From positions 13,688,731 to 13,752,730 of the forward strand of contig NC_057719.1 in assembly GCF_004010195.1 (NCBI RefSeq): a stretch of DNA of 64,000 nt. The letters are read 5' to 3'. The translations under genes were made by a program, and so were the position numbers. A model generated the notes under the pieces. That model had not been told where the DNA came from. It saw only the letters and a program-made list of their open reading frames with translations, and ran no database searches. Positions 60,538 through 64,000 of this stretch are shown piece after piece; the stretch's first letter is position 1, and every line of letters starts with the position of its first letter. The stretch is from Chiloscyllium plagiosum (Eukaryota).

Positions 60538-62479
60538 TTATAAACTTGTTATAAACAGGCATTTTCCACCAATCGTCCTAATAGTTTCCTCATTCCGTAT
60601 GTTAGGGGTGTCTTAAAATAATCTTTTACAATAAGTTCAGAGGCATCTACGTTGCAATCAGTAATAAGGGAGAAAATGTCATCATCTTCAAACTTTGATC
60701 TCCTCTGTAACTTCTGTTGAGATTTAGAGTCTATTCAGGTTGAACAGTTTCTGAATTTAACCAAGTGTCCATAGAAAGGTATACCTTGATTTCTTGCTAC
60801 ATGAGAAACAGTAAACATGAGCCGAGTCCCGACATGTCAGCTTATTTCCCCTGGTAACAGGCACAATGTTGAAGTGACAGCAAGTAAAATGTAGATTTTG
60901 CTCTGATGCAAAAGTTTAAATATTTAACCTGTTCAAAGATGACATGACACATCTTTGGGCCAGGCAGGACTTGAACCTGGGTTACCTGGTTCAGAGACCA
61001 CTGCACCAGATGGTTAATCTGGATAGTTATTGAGTCTGCAATAGGGTTTAATTCATGTGAATCTACATTCCAGTGAATCCAGTTTGTAAGTAGTGCTGAT
61101 TATTGGTGCAAGGATGTCTCGCAGCCTGCACTTTGAGACAATAGACAATCATCATTTACTTTGATCACAACCAGGCTGATACCTACTGATAAAAGGCATG
61201 ATGTACAGGACATAGAAACAGTAACAGGCAGTTTGGTTCCTCGAACCAATGCTTCCTTTCAGCAAGGTCCTGGCTTGAAGCTCAAACCTTTGATCCATTC
61301 AGATATATACAAAACCTACAGCACAGAAGGAGCCAACACTTTAAATAGAGAAGAGATGAAAGAAAACAGCCTGCACTCTGATCTCCTGTAACAACAACAA
61401 TAGCACAGGGTTGACAATCCCCTGCTCAACAGCAAGACCACACTCCCCCTGCCAGGATTATATCCCAAATTGTGGTCAGATCTTGTGCTTTTTCCTTCAA
61501 AGAATTCCCGAGACCAGTGGTTAAAAATCCCATCTCTAATGTGCAAATAGGACAATCATTCATGTGTGTCGGTTAGTGGGATTGATGCACCCACGTGAGG
61601 CAGTGGGCTACGTTACCAGTGTAGAGTAGCCTGCATTTTAAAAATTTGGATGACAATATACATTTTTTTTCTGTTCTGATTCAATCCAGCATTTGGCCTG
61701 TTTCCTGCAATTAATCTCATCAAGGCACAAAGGGTTGGAGGAGTTTTGGTACTTGAAGTGTCTCAGTATAAAAATGGTTTGTTTTTGGATGCTTTAGTAG
61801 GCTGAAACTAAGTGTTGAGGAACATCTCGGGACTCGTTGGTAATGACAACATTCTAAAACCTCAAGTGAAAGATTAACGTGAGGTTCCTATGCATCTGCT
61901 ACCCTTGCTCCCACCTCAGTTGTTATAATAATACATCTCCTCCCTCAACATCTCATATAGTGATTTGAGGTGCATGATTTAACTCTAATTAATATCATGT
62001 ATTTCAAATTATTGGATTTTGAACTAGTGGCATTGTTGTTTTCTATCTGCTGTAAAGAAGTTTTATGATTTACTTGCAAGTATTTCTATATCCATGTTGA
62101 TTCTTTTTAAAACACTGTGTGAGGGGCAGACTTGCTAGAAAATAATGGGGTTTTGATTACAATAAGAGTTTTACAAGCACAGATTAAACAGTGTAGAACA
62201 TCAGACTTCAGTTATCCCCTTCACTTAAGAGAAATATTAACTTCGTTTGGCAGGTTTTCTGAAGTTTTAGCTGAAGCTGTCTGAATAAGATAGTTGCTCC
62301 TGAAGAAGAGAGATAGTTTAAAAAGTTAAGAAATAAATTACTTCAGTGCAGGGAAGGAGGTTGAAGTGTTTGGTTAAAACTCTGAAGGGGCTATTTGAAG
62401 CTGACAAAGTCTAACCTCTGCTGTGTGAAGATTTGGGGAAGAGGCTGTCAGATTTTCAGGATTGCTGGGGATGCTGGAA

Positions 62480-63660
62480 GGTCTGAAGCTGGATAAATGA
62501 CTTACCCCAGTGTTCTGAAGAGGAGAGCTGAGGAGATTGTAGATGCAATGCTGGTGATCGTTCAGGAATCACTGGAATCACAGAAGGCCAGAAAATATAA
62601 ACATCTTTTTAAGGAAGGAGGCAGAGATTGAGAAATTATAGGATGGTTAGGCCATTTGTTGATTTTAGAATCTATTATTAAGTATGAGATTGTGGAATAT
62701 TTGGAAGTGCTTGGTAAAATAATTCTGAGTCAGAATGCTTCATCAACAGAAGGTCATTCTTTTTAACTGCTTGCTGTACCAGTCAGTGCTTATAATCTTC
62801 ACGTTACAATTCAGTTTTCAAGTGGGTTGCAAGAGAAAAATCAAGTGCTGAGACATGCCACAGAACTCTGCATGTTCAATTTCAGACAAAAGTACGTATG
62901 ATGGCACGGTGGCTCAGTGGTTAGCACTGCTGCCTCCCAGCGCCAGGGACCCAGGTTCAATTCCCGCCTCAGGTATCTGTCTGTGTGGAGTTTGCACATT
63001 CTCCCTGTGTCTGTGTGGGTTTCTTCCGGGTGCTCCGGTTTCCTCCCACATTCCAAAGATGCGCAGGTCAGGTAAATTGGCCATGCTAAATTGCCCATAG
63101 TGTTAGGTGCATTAGTCAGGGGTGAATGTGGGGAGTGGGTCTGGGTGGGTTGCTCTTCAGAGGGTCAGTGTGGACTTAATGGGCTGAAGGGCTTGTTTCC
63201 ACACTGTAGGGAGTCTAAGGGTCATGGCTGAAAAAATCTCTGATAGATTTCTTTGAGGAGGCAAGACCAAGTTAGATGAAGGACAACCAGTGGATATGAT
63301 CTATTTGGATTTCCAAAAGGCTTTTGATATTGTGCCACACAGGACACCACTACTAAATAAGATAAGAGTGTTAGGGGCAAGGTACTGGCATGGATAGAGG
63401 ATTGGCTGACTGGCAGAAGACAAATAGTGGGGATAAAGAGTCTTTGTCAGGAAGGCAGCTGATGACTAATGGACTTCTACAGGGATCAGTGTTGGGGTGA
63501 AGGAACTGAGGGTATTGTTGCTACATTTGTAGAGGACACAAAGATAAGTGGAGGGACAGATCATGTTGACAATGCAGACAGACTTGGACATGCTAGGAGA
63601 GTGGACAAAGAAGTGGCAGATGGAATAGAATGTGGAAATGTGTGAGGTAGCACATTTTGG
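62480..63660 (+). mobile_element. Old CR1 RT fragments (62480-62760 and 63235-63660)
   Basis: PSVLKRRAEEIVDAMLVI, VDMIYLDFQKAFDIVPH. Confidence 0.8.
62901..63218 (+). mobile_element. HE1-type V-SINE
   Basis: ggcacggtggctcagtggttagcactgctgcctc. Confidence 0.93.
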
Positions 63661-63777
63661 TAGTGTCCCTACCCCTGGACTGAGAGGCCTGGGTTCATAT
63701 CCCACCTGCTCCAGAGGTGTGTAATAACATCTCTAAACAGGCTGGCTAGAAAAATAGTTTACATATAAAAGAAAGCA

Positions 63778-64000
63778 GACCAGTCCAGGCAGCAAGCTGT
63801 GAAGGAAGTCAAATCTGCTGACTATCTGCCTCCTCCTCTGTGGATGTCCTTGGAGAGGGTGCGCGTGGTGTCCAATGATCTCGATGCTTTGGAGAGGTGG
63901 GCACTGCGGCGGATACACTGCTTTATTTCCCCCTCCAACTTCTTTTTAATCCAGCCTCTTCCCTGTCTCCCTAACCCCCTCTTCACTGTTGATAGTTTCC
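63778..64000 (+). mobile_element. Older Tx1/L1-clade fragment related to the 25813-27686 copies (runs off the window)
   Basis: tccaggcagc..gtccttggagaggg..gtggtgtcca..ggagaggtgggc..tttccccctccaact..cttcactgt all align with 27340-27550. Confidence 0.75.

Noticed and set aside
61161..61630. Unique sequence with short ORFs on both strands
   Set aside because: No consistent splice-site pair or recognisable homology

Overview
Repeat-dominated, CpG-poor vertebrate genomic DNA. The repeat content (many V-SINE/HE1-type SINEs, CR1/HER1-type LINE fragments, Penelope-like elements) points to a shark or other elasmobranch; this is inference. There are no prokaryotic features, and almost all ORFs in the supplied track are spurious or repeat-derived. 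Recognisable content: about 14 HE1-type SINEs, many CR1 fragments, L2/CR1-like, Rex1-like and RTE fragments, two decayed Gypsy-type LTR elements, several solo LTRs, and Penelope-like elements (PLEs) of at least two types plus short palindromic derivatives, many with a minimal hammerhead ribozyme motif. Two phase-compatible minus-strand candidate exons (16663-16735 and 6071-6283) suggest at least part of the window lies in an unidentified gene. The most unusual structure is at 25799-27789: at least three 5'-truncated Tx1/L1-clade retrotransposons sit head-to-tail at one 14-bp site inside a Gypsy LTR. The last one carries two extra diverged copies of the LTR target sequence separated by A-rich tails, which suggests a sequence-specific LINE that parasitises an LTR family and serially transduces its target. 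Coordinates of old repeats are approximate (about 10-30 bp).
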